Shown: positions 20,273-30,712 of the stretch, piece after piece | How the letters are laid out: every line of letters starts with the position of its first letter | How positions within the stretch are numbered: position 1 is the stretch's first letter | IMG/VR virus record: IMGVR_UViG_3300030019_000003 | Coordinates: 188,160 to 252,159 of that record | Strand: one strand, 5' to 3' | Length of the DNA stretch: 64,000 bases | Translations under genes and position numbers: made by a program | Notes under the pieces: model-generated | What the model saw: the letters and a program-made list of their open reading frames with translations, nothing else | Database searches by the model: none | What the model was told of the DNA's origin: nothing

Positions 20273-21064
20273 ATGAGTTTACCAAGAATATCATTTACAA
20301 ATATCGATGTCCTTCCTCAGAACAAGAAACTGGAGAAAGATGCTGATGGATATTATAAGATGGACGTTGGAGCATTTAACTGCTTCAACTCTGCTGGAGA
20401 ATTTTATCTTAAAGACAATATAGAAGAAACGATCAAAGGTAGTTCGAGTGCATTCATGCGTCGTATTACTTCAGGATACCTTAAAGGTGAAGCAGGGCAT
20501 CCTGCTTTTGTACCTGGTATGTCTGCCGCTCAGTATTATGCTAGAAACATGCGTATTGAATTAACAAATGTGTCACACCATATTAAGGCAGTTGATCTTG
20601 TTCCCACTGCTACCGATTCAGGATTAGCGGGTAAAGGTAACATTATTAAAGTTGTTGCCTGGTTAAGACCTACTGGAGCTATGGGTGATGGTTTAGCTAA
20701 AGATCTTGAAGACCCTAATTGTAATGTTGCTTTTTCTATACGTTGCATTACTAATAACCAAATTATTGGTGGTGTAAATCATAAAGCATTAGACACTATT
20801 ATAACATGGGACTGGGTTTTAGAACCTGGTATTAAATATGCTAATAAGGCGGATACTTTAAAAAATAGTTTAGGTTTAACTATTGAAAGTTTAGATACAC
20901 AAACTCTTGATATTAAAGCTTTATTATCCGGTGTTTCACTGCAGCAGATTTTAGGTGGCGGTAACTTCTCGATTGAAGATAGTGCTTATCTAAATGAAAT
21001 CACAATGGAACTTAGGGCCAAATACTCTGTAGATCCTGCTTTTAAACATTTACGTAAATGGTAA
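20273..21064 (+). CDS. prohead maturation protease (phiKZ gp175 / T4 gp21-like)
   Basis: GEAGHP (catalytic His), NVSHHI, VAFSIR (catalytic Ser), TWDWVLEPG. Confidence 0.88.
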   Translation: MSLPRISFTNIDVLPQNKKLEKDADGYYKMDVGAFNCFNSAGEFYLKDNIEETIKGSSSAFMRRITSGYLKGEAGHPAFVPGMSAAQYYARNMRIELTNVSHHIKAVDLVPTATDSGLAGKGNIIKVVAWLRPTGAMGDGLAKDLEDPNCNVAFSIRCITNNQIIGGVNHKALDTIITWDWVLEPGIKYANKADTLKNSLGLTIESLDTQTLDIKALLSGVSLQQILGGGNFSIEDSAYLNEITMELRAKYSVDPAFKHLRKW

Positions 21065-21102
21065 CTAACTTAGGGCTTAAGCCCTAAGTTAGTTATTTTT
21101 TT
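21062..21102 (+). terminator. palindromic terminator
   Basis: TAACTAACTTAGGGCTTAAGCCCTAAGTTAGTTA followed by a T-run. Confidence 0.75.
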
Positions 21103-21128
21103 GATTATGAGATTATAAGGAGCTTTAA

Positions 21129-23306
21129 ATGGCTGAAGATACAACTGGGTTAGGGATAACTGATTTATACCCAACCTATGATATAAGTTCCGTTATCAAA
21201 ACAACAACTGATAAAGAAAGTGCTAATAATAACAGTGTTAAAGTTATTGATAAAGATTGGGTTGATTTTAGATTTTTTATGTCAGATGATCAATTAGAAG
21301 ATATAGATGCTGTTAATAGGTACTTTACAACAACAGCCTGGAAATTCTCAGATACAACACTAGGTGGTAATATCGCCATTAATGCCAGACCACAATTTAC
21401 ACGCTATGCTGATATACGTAGTGGAAGTAGGGTTACACGTAACGAAGTTACAGTTCCATCTCATGAAGGTAATTACGGTATGGGACGTTACTATTCTGAG
21501 GCTATAGATGATAACTTACAATTAATTTATTTTACGTTTGGTGTAGCTGAATTTAACAGTTTACCTAACTTCTTTACTAGAGCTATAGATTATACCGATA
21601 GTGTTGTAGCTAATACAGGTAAGGTTCCTGTTGGTTATATTGTAGGTCAATTTCTTGGAGATGGTATCATGCTTGCCGCATTCCCTATGATAACCTTATC
21701 GATATGGGCATTAAAGTTAGTTTCTAAATTGATATTAGGCAGTGAAGAATTTAACTTTTACTACATGAAACCCGCCATGCATGCCTATTGGGGTACTGTT
21801 AATACATTGGTAACTACATTAGCTACTGAAATGGGCATATTAATACCAGAGCTAATGAATGACTCTACTGTAGCACAACGTATGGGTTTACCGGTACGAT
21901 TGAATCAAGAAGATCTAAGTGAGATGCGTAGACAATTTCCAATGTTACTAAGTAACAATAACTATATAGATGTTTATGCCATAGCCGCTAGACCACAAAT
22001 CATTGCTAATCACCAACACTATTATGAACGAGAACTTTATGATCAAAATCCTGATGGTGCTTTTAACTTTGTAGGTTATGTTAAAAATGAAAACGCAACA
22101 TCTTCTCAGAATAGTCCATCAAGTTTAATATCCATGATGAATACCGCTATATCCTTTGAAAGAACAGTTGTAAAATTTCAAGATTTTCTAGATAAGATGG
22201 TTAAAGGTAGTGAGTTATACGGAGAAAGATTTAACGATACGTCTACGGCAACTACATCGCAAACAGCCACAACAACATCTGCTGATAGTACAACTACTAA
22301 GCCAAACTATACTAAAGATAATGCTGGTACCTATCCTGGTAAAGATGATCCGGATAGAGAGGGTTACTTAAATAAGTTAACACGAGCTTTAGACTCTAGT
22401 ATTAGAGATGGTGCTATGCATGCTGTGTTTGCTGTTGACTACTCCGGTCCTGTAAGTGAATCTTTTAGTAACTCTACCGGCAATATAGGATTAGCAGATA
22501 AGATTAAAAGTGTCGCTACCGCTGCTAGAAATATTAAGTTTGATCTAGAGGGGGGTAATATTAATGATACTGTAACTGCTGGGCTAGCTACAGTTAAGAA
22601 TGTTCTTTCTGGTGCATTAGATAGTGTGTCTTTTGGGTTATCTGGTGCTATAGCTACAGCTACAGGTAGCGCTTTCGTAGATATACCTAAAAAATGGGAA
22701 GATTCAGATATGAGCATGCCGTCAGCATCTTATACGATACAATTGATATCACCTTACGGTAATACTATATCTCAGATGCAAAATATTTATATACCACTTT
22801 GTATGCTACTAGCAGGGACGTTACCACTATCTGCAGGTATGAGTTCCTACGCTTCGCCTTATTTATGTTCTGCGTTTTGTAAAGGTGTACAAAATATTAA
22901 GATGGGTATGATAACGAGTTTAAGTATTACCAGAGGAACTTCTAACTTAGGGTTTAGTAAAACACGTAGACCACTTGCTATTGATGTTAGTTTTACAGTT
23001 ACAGATTTTAGTAATAAAATAACTGCACCAGTATCAAGTAGTATTTTTAGTTCATTTGGTGTTGCGCTTAATGACAATACTCCTATGGGTAATTATCTAG
23101 CGGTACTAGGTTCTAGAGATATTCTAACCAGTAAGTATACTGTTCCTAAGATTAAATTAAGAGCTTCTAGGTTATTGATGTCTTTTGATCAAATGATATC
23201 ACCTGCGTCTATGGGTGTTAGAATGGGTGCAGGAGGATTAAATAATATCCTAGGTGGTCTTCTTATGGATCATACTGTTAACGTTAACCAGTTAAACAAA
23301 TACTAA
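21129..23306 (+). CDS. virion structural / baseplate protein (phiKZ gp174-like)
   Basis: 725 aa, downstream of the protease; tube-like motifs IPKKWEDS and GMITSLSITRG. Confidence 0.6.
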   Translation: MAEDTTGLGITDLYPTYDISSVIKTTTDKESANNNSVKVIDKDWVDFRFFMSDDQLEDIDAVNRYFTTTAWKFSDTTLGGNIAINARPQFTRYADIRSGSRVTRNEVTVPSHEGNYGMGRYYSEAIDDNLQLIYFTFGVAEFNSLPNFFTRAIDYTDSVVANTGKVPVGYIVGQFLGDGIMLAAFPMITLSIWALKLVSKLILGSEEFNFYYMKPAMHAYWGTVNTLVTTLATEMGILIPELMNDSTVAQRMGLPVRLNQEDLSEMRRQFPMLLSNNNYIDVYAIAARPQIIANHQHYYERELYDQNPDGAFNFVGYVKNENATSSQNSPSSLISMMNTAISFERTVVKFQDFLDKMVKGSELYGERFNDTSTATTSQTATTTSADSTTTKPNYTKDNAGTYPGKDDPDREGYLNKLTRALDSSIRDGAMHAVFAVDYSGPVSESFSNSTGNIGLADKIKSVATAARNIKFDLEGGNINDTVTAGLATVKNVLSGALDSVSFGLSGAIATATGSAFVDIPKKWEDSDMSMPSASYTIQLISPYGNTISQMQNIYIPLCMLLAGTLPLSAGMSSYASPYLCSAFCKGVQNIKMGMITSLSITRGTSNLGFSKTRRPLAIDVSFTVTDFSNKITAPVSSSIFSSFGVALNDNTPMGNYLAVLGSRDILTSKYTVPKIKLRASRLLMSFDQMISPASMGVRMGAGGLNNILGGLLMDHTVNVNQLNKY

Positions 23307-23342
23307 TAACACAGACTAGGACTAATGTCCTAGTCTGTGTTA
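23307..23342. terminator. hairpin between convergent genes
   Basis: TAACACAGACTAGGAC-TAAT-GTCCTAGTCTGTGTTA. Confidence 0.7.
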
Positions 23343-23343
23343 C

Positions 23344-24507
23344 TTACGCCACTGCGTTTATTGCGTAGATAGTTTCTGATTCTGAAAGACTGGTATTATA
23401 AGTACCAGATGTATCTGTAGAACTTTTACCAGTAACATCTGTTGCCGATAGGGATGATAATCTTTTATTACCATTAGTTCTATAATAGTTTGTATCTCCT
23501 GCAGAGTCTTTATTCCAAGAAGAGTCAACATTGTTTAAACCTGTAACAACATTCTTATAGTCACCTGTGCCATAGGTAGTGTTAGTGTTTGTTGTGTTAT
23601 CTAGATTACCTATAACGTTATCTAGACTTGATTTAGTATAATTTTGAGATAATGAACCTGAACCTGCTGGATCTGTGCTTACAACTGAATTTAAAACAGA
23701 AAGCTTTGTCTCAGTATTATTATCATTTGTCCCACTTAAAGAATATCCTAAACCACTGTAGATAGTATCTCTACTTGTACCATTTGATAGCATACCATCT
23801 ATAAAGGTAGATGATGTTGCTGCGCCAGAGCTACTAACATGATTAATAACACTCCCTGTTGTAGCTGTTGTAACACTACTATTTGACATAATACCACTAA
23901 CAGCTTTAGTTAAACAACGTGCTAAACTAGAATTAAGTAAGTTTGTTAAACCTAGCTTTCTGGATAATGATGAACCTATCTTATTTAAGGCACTTAGGAG
24001 GCCACTCAGTACACTTCCTATCAAACAGACAGGTATTGATATCAAACCACCTATGGTTGACCCAAATAAGCTTGTAGCTGTAGAGTTAATCATATTCGTA
24101 AGACCCATGATACTGGTTGTTGGTAATCTTACACTAACGTTATCAAAACTACTTAAGTTATTAACATTTCCTAAAACACCGTCCATACCATTACTACGAC
24201 GTCCATTACTACATAACGTTGAACCACCATAACCTAAATTTCTAGAATCACGAGAAGTATAATAGTTACTTCGTTGGTTAGAAGATAGTCCAGAGGTGTT
24301 ACACGATGTATCAAACATTCCTAAAGATGATGATAAACTTTGATTACCCATTCTGACATTACTACCAATACCACTCATAATGTCACTACCACTATCGGAT
24401 AATGAACGAGTATTATTAACAGCATTAGTATCGGATGCTGTAGAGTAGTTACCGACTGGTATGTCGGTTAGGCTTGATAATGATAGCCTGTCCGTGGATA
24501 TAGCCAT
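23344..24507 (-). CDS. Ser/Thr/Asn-rich putative virion protein
   Basis: 387 aa, GGAGGAG RBS, low-complexity composition. Confidence 0.55.
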   Translation of the reverse strand: MAISTDRLSLSSLTDIPVGNYSTASDTNAVNNTRSLSDSGSDIMSGIGSNVRMGNQSLSSSLGMFDTSCNTSGLSSNQRSNYYTSRDSRNLGYGGSTLCSNGRRSNGMDGVLGNVNNLSSFDNVSVRLPTTSIMGLTNMINSTATSLFGSTIGGLISIPVCLIGSVLSGLLSALNKIGSSLSRKLGLTNLLNSSLARCLTKAVSGIMSNSSVTTATTGSVINHVSSSGAATSSTFIDGMLSNGTSRDTIYSGLGYSLSGTNDNNTETKLSVLNSVVSTDPAGSGSLSQNYTKSSLDNVIGNLDNTTNTNTTYGTGDYKNVVTGLNNVDSSWNKDSAGDTNYYRTNGNKRLSSLSATDVTGKSSTDTSGTYNTSLSESETIYAINAVA

Positions 24508-24565
24508 AAGCTCCTCCTGTATATTTATAAATCAAAAAATACAGTTTAGACTATTGTATAGACAT

Positions 24566-24575
24566 ATATTATTTA
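24566..24575 (+). promoter_or_regulatory. putative early promoter motif ATATTATTTA
   Basis: Recurring motif upstream of + strand units; resembles the phiKZ early consensus TATATTAC. Confidence 0.5.
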
Positions 24576-24601
24576 AGTATAAACTACTAAAGGAGAATCC
24601 T

Positions 24602-25486
24602 ATGGGATTAGCAATTAAGGATATCAACATTACTAGACTGGCAACACATGATGCAGCCTTTGGTGATGTTATTGAAAAAATAATAATCAGTATTAAGGAT
24701 ACTGATACTAATGTTGTAACAAACTATCCCATTGATGAGATGGAGATAGGTACTGATATCATTATAGCCGATGATGTTACTGAAGGGGCTAGAGTTACAG
24801 TAATACTTAAAAATGGTAAACCTTCTAACAAGGAACAATCTATTAACCATGTTATAGGATTGTTTGTAGGTCGCGAAACAGCATATGTGTGCGTAAAAGC
24901 CAAGAATGGGTTTAAGGTTTTTGTAATTGGGTCTATAGAACATCTCGTTGGATTAAGTACAGCTAATAAGGTATTTAAAACTGAACCGCATGTAACATGT
25001 AGCTTTGGTTGGTTTCCACTTTATGCTGGTGGTGTCACTAAGTATTTTAAATCTTTTAGTGCCGGAGCTGACTTCATTGTTTATTACGCTGATAAGGCTG
25101 AAACAACCTATGCTGGTAAGAATAACTACGATGAGTATAGCGATGGAGAAGCACTATTAGCTTTACCATATGGTGTTGTTTATGCTAATAAAGTTTTAGT
25201 TCCAGATGTTAAACAAATAGAGGCTACTTTAAGTTACTCTGGGTTATGTAAAAATAAGCTTATTAATAACGCAGTAACAGTGTTAACAACTGAGATTAAT
25301 CATAGACCTAATGCTACACTTAAATTGGTAAAGGGCCTTATGAATGATGTATTTGTAACTGTTACACCTGAAACTAAAAAAGAGTGCGAAGCATTCCTAG
25401 CATTAAAAGAAGCGCAAGGAGGTATTCTATTACAGAATATTGATTTCGGTGGTGTTCTTGTTTTAAATAAAGAAAAGGGCAACTAA
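24602..25486 (+). CDS. hypothetical protein (start re-called to ATG 24602)
   Basis: AAGGAG RBS before ATG 24602. Confidence 0.65.
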   Translation: MGLAIKDINITRLATHDAAFGDVIEKIIISIKDTDTNVVTNYPIDEMEIGTDIIIADDVTEGARVTVILKNGKPSNKEQSINHVIGLFVGRETAYVCVKAKNGFKVFVIGSIEHLVGLSTANKVFKTEPHVTCSFGWFPLYAGGVTKYFKSFSAGADFIVYYADKAETTYAGKNNYDEYSDGEALLALPYGVVYANKVLVPDVKQIEATLSYSGLCKNKLINNAVTVLTTEINHRPNATLKLVKGLMNDVFVTVTPETKKECEAFLALKEAQGGILLQNIDFGGVLVLNKEKGN

Positions 25487-26871
25487 TGAAATATATTAAT
25501 AACGAAAAACACCAGTTAGTATTAACAATTAACAGTCCGTTTGACCCATTCCCTTCTACGCTATCCCATCAAAAATTAAATACTATTGTTGATGAGGCTA
25601 TCTGTTTTGAAGATGTTTTAGTGTCTTTTTACAAGGCTATGAAACTGCATTCTAAATCTATCGAGTTACTTGGTAAAGCTTATGTTTATAAAAATGAACT
25701 TGAAACTGATCCTAGTAAAGATTATATTAAACATATGAAAACGTTATCTAAACTTTACACAGAGCTTACACAGTTACTTAAAGAAACCGGTGCCGGTGTG
25801 ATCAAAGATGTTAAAATCACCACTGAAGATAAAGAAATGATACTAACGATTACATACGAATATTTAGTAGTAACTCTTCTTGATTTTATTAAGAAGGCTG
25901 AAAACTTCTTTAGGTCCGCTGGTAATACAAAGCCTATTACAGGAACACGAGAAACATATCTTAATCTGATTAGGGATGAGTCTTACACGTTTTTATCTGG
26001 ATTTTCAAATGGTATATTGCACATTAACCCTGATAAAATACTTGAAAAGCTACTTATGACTAATGGTAGTAAAATGAATATTAGTACTATCATAGCTACA
26101 GCTGCTTTTATTAAATCAAGATATGATATTAGTAAAGTGCTTCAGGCCTATAATGATGACGGTATCAATACTTCCAGGAACTCTTTACATCTGGTTTTCG
26201 GTAAGGTAACCGATGCTTACACACAAGCCTTGAATAACCCTAAGTATGAACACTATATAAAATTTATTACTCGTAGCAAAAGTGATGAATCCTTCGAATT
26301 ATCCTATGATGATAAAAGTATGGAAGATGTAAAACTTAATATCTCACATCTGATAAATGAACTTGATGTATTCGAGCCAACTGTGAATAATCGTTTTGCA
26401 GGTACTGTTATCCTAAATGCCGAGGCTACACTCTATAAGAACGAGCACTTGCTCACATCGCTTATAAAATACAAAGATGTAGAACAACACTATGAGAAAT
26501 ATCTTAAGAAGGGTATTGATCCTGAAGGAGATATTGTTACATCAGAAGATACTATGTTGCCATCGACATTTATGAATCTTGTACATACTTTGTTAAATAT
26601 CAATATCGCTACTTTAATTAGTATGGATTTAGAAAAACGTCTTGATAAGAATAAATCTGAACCTATAGTTTTAAATAGAGATATCCTAACTCCCGAATTC
26701 TTAAAAGAGCAGCCTGGTGCATATGAGGATATTGTTCATTACAGTCTTATTGTACCAATGTTAGCTAAAGCTACCAAGTTAGGTTATTTTTACAAACGTG
26801 TTGTTACTATGATAAATACGCTTACATTGTTAAGAATTATTCTTGATACTGATAAGCCAATGAGTAACTAG
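25486..26871 (+). CDS. hypothetical protein
   Basis: 461-aa ORF coupled via TAATG. Confidence 0.7.
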   Translation: MKYINNEKHQLVLTINSPFDPFPSTLSHQKLNTIVDEAICFEDVLVSFYKAMKLHSKSIELLGKAYVYKNELETDPSKDYIKHMKTLSKLYTELTQLLKETGAGVIKDVKITTEDKEMILTITYEYLVVTLLDFIKKAENFFRSAGNTKPITGTRETYLNLIRDESYTFLSGFSNGILHINPDKILEKLLMTNGSKMNISTIIATAAFIKSRYDISKVLQAYNDDGINTSRNSLHLVFGKVTDAYTQALNNPKYEHYIKFITRSKSDESFELSYDDKSMEDVKLNISHLINELDVFEPTVNNRFAGTVILNAEATLYKNEHLLTSLIKYKDVEQHYEKYLKKGIDPEGDIVTSEDTMLPSTFMNLVHTLLNINIATLISMDLEKRLDKNKSEPIVLNRDILTPEFLKEQPGAYEDIVHYSLIVPMLAKATKLGYFYKRVVTMINTLTLLRIILDTDKPMSN

Positions 26872-26909
26872 AACAGAGGTTGTGTTAATTGTTAATAAAT
26901 TTTAACACT

Positions 26910-26926
26910 ATATTATTTAGTTAGAG
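26910..26926 (+). promoter_or_regulatory. putative strong early promoter
   Basis: ATATTATTTAGTTAGAG, identical to 41229-41245 upstream of chimallin. Confidence 0.6.
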
Positions 26927-26965
26927 TGTATACGCTCTAGAAAAAATCACCGGTGAGGAGAAAAT

Positions 26966-27430
26966 ATGTCAGAAGAGAAAAAACCAGTAGAGATTACGGG
27001 TTCGTTTAAAGTTGAAGTTGTCGGTAAAGTAGCGTCAGCTGTTCTTGATAATCAAGAAGCATTCGTTGAAGCGGCTAAAGGTCAAGGTATTACAAAAGTG
27101 GTTCTGGAAGATGTACAACGTTTTCAAAAAGCTTACATTGATGCTGCAGGTGAAAAAGCTGTTGAAGAAGGTAAGAAGATTCTTAAAGGTAACAAAGATC
27201 TTGATTCTGTTTCACTTCAAGCGCCATATACTACAAATGCAAATGGCTCTGTAGCGTATACTGTTACTCGTGAGAAAACCTTTACACCTGGATTCGGTTC
27301 TGGTGAGCCTGTAACAAAATCAACTATTCGTACCGTTATCACTGATCCTTATGCAAAACCAACACAAAAATTTATCAAAGGTTTGGAAGCGATGCTTACA
27401 AAAGACCTTCTTGGTATTGATCTAAAATAA
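26966..27430 (+). CDS. hypothetical protein, probably highly expressed early
   Basis: GAGGAG RBS, own promoter and terminator, biased codons (GTT/GCT/GGT/AAA). Confidence 0.7.
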   Translation: MSEEKKPVEITGSFKVEVVGKVASAVLDNQEAFVEAAKGQGITKVVLEDVQRFQKAYIDAAGEKAVEEGKKILKGNKDLDSVSLQAPYTTNANGSVAYTVTREKTFTPGFGSGEPVTKSTIRTVITDPYAKPTQKFIKGLEAMLTKDLLGIDLK

Positions 27431-27460
27431 CTGCTGGTGAAAGTCAAACTGTAAAAAATA

Positions 27461-27494
27461 ACAACTACATATCCAGAAATGGATATGTAGTTGT
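27461..27494. terminator. hairpin terminator
   Basis: ACAACTACATATCCA-GAAA-TGGATATGTAGTTGT. Confidence 0.7.
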
Positions 27495-27569
27495 GTGTTT
27501 ATCTATTTTTTTGCTATCTAGCTGGCTCTAGAATCAACGATCCCTATAGCGTAGGTATCATTTATCAAG

Positions 27570-28454
27570 TTAAGCAGAAGGCGTGTCAGAATACCCAACA
27601 CCTGTTTGTGCGGTAACACTTGAATCAATTGCTGTAGGAACAATGATCTTAGTGTCAGGCATATATTTAAGAGTGTTGATCGTTGGAAGAATCGTAGCTG
27701 CTAGAGCATGCGTTGCTTCGTTATTAATAGTAATGTTTTTAAATTCAATACTAATATCTTTAGTATCACCTGCTGAGTGTAAGTCACGTGAACCTGTTCT
27801 GTCACCTGCGGTTGAAGGATAGAAGTTAGTAGAATACCAAGCATCAACAACAACAAGTTGTGTAATATCTGGTTCGATAAACAACATAGTACCCGCATAG
27901 AAATCTGGAGTATACGCACCTGTAAATGCACTTGAAAAAGCATCTAAGTTTGCTACTAAAGGTTTCTTAGTAAATGGATCCATAATTGTGTAACGAATTA
28001 CTTTATCCCAGAACTTAACAACAGACTTTAAACTCTTCTCTTTCCAAGTATAAGTAATACTGGATTGTGAATAGGTACTGTTAGTTGGTTCTGATTGTTG
28101 TTCGCCACCACCACCAAATGGATGATCATCAGAATCAACCGTTAGTGTTGTGTTAAGACCATCAATAGTTTCCATCGCTGTTTCCAACAAATGCTTATAC
28201 GCTTTAATCCACTCTTCAGAGTTTGGTAAATAAGTAAATGCTGTTGGAGCTGCAATAAGAATAGGAATAACATTTCTACGTACATACGCTTGATTACTTA
28301 CATAAACATGAGCGTATTCGCCACCATCCATAGCGCCAAGAACAGGCATCTGCCCACTTTGGCCACCACGGGATAAATTCATACTTGCTGTATTGGTATC
28401 AGAATAGCCTGTACCCTTAGCTATCAATAAGTCGCTTAATGTTTTAGTTGCCAT
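27570..28454 (-). CDS. tail tube protein (phiKZ gp30-like)
   Basis: 294 aa directly after the sheath; NQAYVRRNVIP and TMLFIEPD motifs. Confidence 0.75.
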   Translation of the reverse strand: MATKTLSDLLIAKGTGYSDTNTASMNLSRGGQSGQMPVLGAMDGGEYAHVYVSNQAYVRRNVIPILIAAPTAFTYLPNSEEWIKAYKHLLETAMETIDGLNTTLTVDSDDHPFGGGGEQQSEPTNSTYSQSSITYTWKEKSLKSVVKFWDKVIRYTIMDPFTKKPLVANLDAFSSAFTGAYTPDFYAGTMLFIEPDITQLVVVDAWYSTNFYPSTAGDRTGSRDLHSAGDTKDISIEFKNITINNEATHALAATILPTINTLKYMPDTKIIVPTAIDSSVTAQTGVGYSDTPSA

Positions 28455-28464
28455 ATGCTATCCT

Positions 28465-30663
28465 TTAGTTGCTAGTTGATGTAAGATCAGATGCACGATA
28501 TACACCTGTGTTATAGACTTGTTTAGTCTTAATAACATTACCATAAAGCTTACATATAGCATGCCAACTGTAACCTCTGGCTGTGTCATTGTCGTCAATA
28601 TAGACAACAGGAACAACAGTAAATAAGCTTCCGAACACATCTTTTAACTCTTTGTTGTAATCCGCTTTAACTTTATCTATGAACTCAGCATCTGTTAGTT
28701 TTGTACTACCAGTATTCATACGCCAAACTTTATCACTTGTTTTAGCTAACACTGTTAATGCAAAAGAACCCCACCAGCTATTTAACACTGAGGTATCATC
28801 ACTGTAGACAGTTTGCCATGCAGCAACATGATAAGATGATCTGTCATAAGGTTGTGCATAAACAAGACCGTTATTCCATAATGTTGTTTTATAAGACTCA
28901 GGAATATCTTCAGGTTTGTAATTGATGATATAATCTAACTTAGCTTTAGGAGCTGTATCAAAAAGTTCGTCGATTTTCCATAGTCCATTAGAGGCACCCA
29001 TCATAGCTGCGTTTTTAACAGCAAGTTCATAAGTCAATGGTACCAAATTGGTATAGTCAGAATTTTTAATATTACCTTCACCCAGACAAATGATACATCT
29101 CGCAACACTTGTTCCAAAATAGGTTGACTCTGGAGCTAACATCAAACGAGTTTCCAAGGCTGTTCCAATAGCAGCAGCATCTGTTAGTGATTGGTATTTT
29201 TCACCCATAGAGGCAAGATAGGTTGCTAATGCTACAGCAGTATCTTTACGTACAGTGATATAGTTAATCATAGCCATTTTAATAGGCAAAGAGAAACCTG
29301 AATCGTACATAATAGAATCGACATTGATAGCCGTATCCATAACACCCGTATCATCAGAATCTAAATAACGTTTTAACTCAACAGCAAAAGCATCTTCAAA
29401 TGCTTGGTCTGTTAATGTACCATCGTCGCTACCTGATAAATAAATAGGTGTTGAACCTGAGAATTGTACTTCAGCTTGAGTACCTGTTAATGTAGAACTT
29501 TCAGTATCTTTACTAATTGTAAAATACTGTACAGCCGTAGATGATTTACATACGAATGGATTCATTAAGTAAATATCATTTATAATTGCTGTAGCATCCG
29601 TAGTTGTAAAATCAAACCATGATGAAGATGCTGCATTGATGCCGTCGTTCCATGCTGCAGGTGTATTGCTAAGATACTTAACTTCTTCATTAACAAAAAG
29701 TTTAAGAGCAGTTTCAAAGTTACTTCTGTAGAAATACAACCCATCATACTCTTTATATGCAATACGTTTTGTTTTATCTGTTTCGTTAAACCATAAGTTT
29801 TTAAACACACTCTCAAAGTCAATCTTACCATTAGTAGCAGGGTGAATAGCTTTCTCTTTTAAAGAAATTATTACTGAGGTTTCACCTGATAATGTTCTAA
29901 CATTAATAGGGCTGCTGTTTTCAGTTACTTTGTTAACAAGATACAAACCATAAGGTAATGCTTTTGTTTTAGAAATGATTGTAGTATCAGCATCCGAATT
30001 ATACATCGTTGTTAAACCAAAACCATTAAGATTATAACCTGAACCTTTTTCAGAAGCTCTTGCCTCATAGATAGGAACCATAATGGATTGATTCGTACCA
30101 TCTGTCATGGTACCTGTTTTAGATTTTTTAAGACCTAGAGGTACGCTATCAGGATCAAATGTAATTTTACCACTAACATCTTTAGCATAAGTATCATACT
30201 CAGAGATGTACTTAATCTTATAACCTTTAATAGTAGGCGTTGTAGGGTCTACTTTATAGGCTCCTGTTGAAGAATCTGCTACAAGATCACCTGTAGAGGT
30301 TCTAAGGTAATTAGGAACATCTGTATAGAGATAATCCATATAGACAGTTACATTAGCTTTTGGACCTGCATCTAAAGATACAAGACGTAGCCCCATAACA
30401 ATATTACCTTGGTTAAAAAGACCTTCTATAAAAGGTGTTTGATGGTGATAAAACTTACCTGATTTATCAATAGCTGCATCTGTTGCGGCTAATCTAAATT
30501 TGTCCGATGTGAAAATCGTACGTTTAGTAGGGCCCTTAGGTGCTCTATAGACAACCCACGGCATGTGCGTTGGAATATCCTCTTCCGTAGCAAGTACCGT
30601 CCTTGGACTTTGATCATCAGCACCCAAATTAACAGAACCAGGCGTAGCGCTATAATAGCTCAT
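28465..30663 (-). CDS. contractile tail sheath protein (phiKZ gp29-like)
   Basis: 732 aa; IPTHMP..APKGP, YLSGSDDG, YDSGFSL and TVYSDDTSVL motifs. Confidence 0.85.
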   Translation of the reverse strand: MSYYSATPGSVNLGADDQSPRTVLATEEDIPTHMPWVVYRAPKGPTKRTIFTSDKFRLAATDAAIDKSGKFYHHQTPFIEGLFNQGNIVMGLRLVSLDAGPKANVTVYMDYLYTDVPNYLRTSTGDLVADSSTGAYKVDPTTPTIKGYKIKYISEYDTYAKDVSGKITFDPDSVPLGLKKSKTGTMTDGTNQSIMVPIYEARASEKGSGYNLNGFGLTTMYNSDADTTIISKTKALPYGLYLVNKVTENSSPINVRTLSGETSVIISLKEKAIHPATNGKIDFESVFKNLWFNETDKTKRIAYKEYDGLYFYRSNFETALKLFVNEEVKYLSNTPAAWNDGINAASSSWFDFTTTDATAIINDIYLMNPFVCKSSTAVQYFTISKDTESSTLTGTQAEVQFSGSTPIYLSGSDDGTLTDQAFEDAFAVELKRYLDSDDTGVMDTAINVDSIMYDSGFSLPIKMAMINYITVRKDTAVALATYLASMGEKYQSLTDAAAIGTALETRLMLAPESTYFGTSVARCIICLGEGNIKNSDYTNLVPLTYELAVKNAAMMGASNGLWKIDELFDTAPKAKLDYIINYKPEDIPESYKTTLWNNGLVYAQPYDRSSYHVAAWQTVYSDDTSVLNSWWGSFALTVLAKTSDKVWRMNTGSTKLTDAEFIDKVKADYNKELKDVFGSLFTVVPVVYIDDNDTARGYSWHAICKLYGNVIKTKQVYNTGVYRASDLTSTSN

Positions 30664-30712
30664 GATTACTCCTTATTAAAATTTAAAATATTTCATAGAA
30701 TACTGTGGAATT

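Noticed and set aside
24461-24601. N-terminal extensions in the track (24461; also 2962, 8331, 13639, 39530, 57877)
   Set aside because: They overlap neighbouring genes or promoters; downstream starts have clear RBSs.
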